Shown: positions 61,605 through 64,000 of the stretch, piece after piece | How positions within the stretch are numbered: position 1 is the stretch's first letter | Layout of the letters: each line of letters begins with the position of its first letter | Source: Vicugna vicugna | Lineage: Eukaryota | DNA: 64,000 nt | Assembly: GCA_013265495.1 (NCBI GenBank) | Contig: MU057959.1 | Coordinates: 13,202 to 77,201, forward strand | Direction: 5' to 3' | Program-made: the position numbers and the translations under genes | Notes under the pieces: model-generated | What the model saw: only the letters and a program-made list of their open reading frames with translations | Databases searched by the model: none | What the model was told of the DNA's origin: nothing

Positions 61605-64000
61605 TACATATTCATTTATTTATTCACTTATTTCACTGAAGTACAATCAATTATAATGTTTCAATTTCTAGTGTACAGCCCAGTGTTTCAATCTTGGATA
61701 TACATACATATATTCTTTTTCATATTTTGTCAATTAAATATTATTACAAGATTTTGAGCACCATTCTTGTGCTATGCAAAAGAAACTTTTTTAAAAGCTG
61801 TTTTTATATCTGGTGGCTAACATTTTTAAATATGTAAACTCCGAAATTTATTCCTTCCCAGTCCCTTTCCCAGGAAGTATAAGATTATTTGCTAATTTTG
61901 ACAGTCTGTTTATGTTTCGTAGATAAGTTCTTGGTGTCTTTTTTTGCTGTTGTTGTCTTTTAAGATTCCACATACGAGTTATATCATATGGCATTTTTCT
62001 TTGTCTTTCTGGCTTCCTTCACTTACAGTGACCATCTCTAGGTCCATCCATGTTTTTGCAGATGGCCTCATTGTATTCTTTTCTTTGACAGAATAGTATT
62101 TCATTGTATAAATATACCACAACTTCTTTATCCAGTCATCTGTTGATAGACATTTAGGTTGTTTCCATATCTTGACTATTATAAATCGTGCTGCTGTGAA
62201 CATTGGGATACATGTATCATTTTGCATCATCATTCCTTCCGCATGTATGCCCAGGAGTTGGATTGCTGGGTCAAATGGTAAGTCTATTTTTAATGTTTTG
62301 AGGAATCTCCATACTGCTTTCCATAGTCCCTGCACCAAATTGCATTTCCTCCAACAGTTTAGGAGGACTCCCTTTTCTCTACATCCTCTCCAGCATTTAT
62401 GGTTTGTGGAGTTTTGAATGATGGCCATTTTGACTGATGTGAAATGATACCTTATTGTAGTTTTTACATTTCTCAGATAATTAGCAATATTAAGCATTTT
62501 TACGTATGTCTATTGGTCATTCATATGTCCTCACTGGAGAAGTGCTTGTTTATATCTTCTGCCCACTTTTGGATTTGTTTGTTGTTTTGAAATTAAAGTT
62601 GTGTGAAGTGTTTATAAATTCTGTAAATTAAGCCTTTGTCAGTTGCAGTATTTCCAGATGTTTTCTCCCATCTCATAAGTGGTTGTTTTGTTTTGCTTAT
62701 GGTTTCCTTTGCTCTGTAGAAGCTGATGAGTTTAATTAGGTCCGATTTGTTTATTTTTGCTTTTATTTCCATTTCTTGGGTAGACAGCTGTTGGAGAACG
62801 TTGCCAAGATTTATGTCAGAGAATATTTTGCCTATGTTTTCTTCTAGGAGATTTATTGTGCCTTGTCTTATGTTAAAGTCTTTAAGCCATTTTGAGTTAT
62901 TTTTTTGTATGGCATGAGAGAGTTAACTTTGATTTATATTCTCCAATCCTATTTTCCTGACAACACTTGTTGAAGTGACTGTCTTTTCTCCATTGTTTCC
63001 TTTGTCAGAGATTAAATCACCATAGGTCCATGGATTTATTTCTCTGCTCTCTATTCTGTTGTTTTCATCCATATATATGTTTTTATGCCAATACCTTGTC
63101 ATTTTGATTATGGTAGCTCTATAATATTGTCTGAAGTCTGTGAGGATTATTCATCCCGCTTCATTCTTTTTGTTCAATATTGCTTTTGCAATTCTGGATC
63201 TTTTGTGATTCCATATAAAACGTTCTTTCGTTTGTTCCAGTTCTTGAAAAAATATCGTGATTAATTTGATAGGGATCGAGTTAAATCTGTAGATTTCTTT
63301 CGGCAGTATGACCATTTTAATAATATTAATTCTTGCAATCCTAAAGCATGAAATATTTTTGCATTTCTTTATGTCTTTTTAAATTTCATTACCTAGTGTT
63401 TTGTAGTTCTCCATGTATAACTTTTTCACCTCCTTGTTCACATTTCTTCCTAAGTATTTTATTGTTTTTCGTTCAATTTTTAAAGGCATTTTTTCTTATC
63501 CTGTTGATTCATTATTAGTATAAAGAAATGTGTCATCTTTGTGTACATTAATCCTTTACCCTACTTCCTTACCGAGTTCTTTTCTTAGCTCTAGTAGCTT
63601 TTGTGTGGAGCTTTTAGGGTTTTGTAAATATAGTATCATGTCATCACATATGGTGACAATTTTATCTCTTCTTTTCTGATTTTGAGTATTTTTATTTTGT
63701 TTTCTTGCTTGATGGCTGTGGCTACAACTTCCAAGACTATGTTGAATACAATTGGTGAGAGTGGGCAATATTGTCTTGTCCCTGATTTTAGTCAGAAGCT
63801 TTTCAGTTTTTCACCATTGAGTATTTTGCTGGCTAAAGGCTTGTCATAAATAGCTTTTGTTATGTTCAGATATGTTCCCTCTATTCCCAATTTGGTAAGG
63901 GTTTTTATCATATATAGTTGTTGAATTTTATCAAATACCTTTCTTGTGTCTATTGAGATGATTATGTGATTTTTCCTGCATCTTTTGTGGATAAGGTGCA
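61605..64000 (-). mobile_element. Decayed L1 (3' UTR and ORF2 3' half), running off the window end
   Basis: ORF 61979-62497 (..[27 protein letters not shown]..) and an RT-region remnant at 63556-63768 (..[11 protein letters not shown]..). Confidence 0.95.

Noticed and set aside
1..64000. Prokaryotic systems (CRISPR arrays, operons) and rRNA or tRNA genes
   Set aside because: None seen. The sequence is intron- and LINE-rich mammalian DNA.

Overview
Mammalian genomic DNA with no Bov-A/Bov-tA or PRE-1 SINEs recognised; the L1 3' ends look camelid-like, which is an inference. The window holds a head-to-tail array of four paralogous, minus-strand, multi-exon lipocalin genes of the odorant-binding-protein (OBP) / Bos d 2 type. 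I call them A (ATG 11270), B (21165), C (37676) and D (56323). Each has a TATA promoter, a signal-peptide exon and a MER20 element about 2.3 kb upstream. A and B are clear pseudogenes and D is probably one. C can encode an intact, unusually cysteine-rich lipocalin of 169 or 183 aa ending in CQDCGNC, but only if exon 4 uses a newly created acceptor 2 nt downstream that offsets a 1-nt deletion in exon 3. All copies replace the lipocalin GxW motif with SEW and carry a PC motif in exon 2, and exon 3 is short in the three copies that retain it. Exon 2 of B and C has diverged more than the adjacent intron. Mobile elements include a full-length 7-kb L1 in intron 2 of A, an ORF2-deleted L1 shared by three units and absent from the fourth, and several L1 fragments. 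All exon calls were made by manual reading and translation, with no database search.
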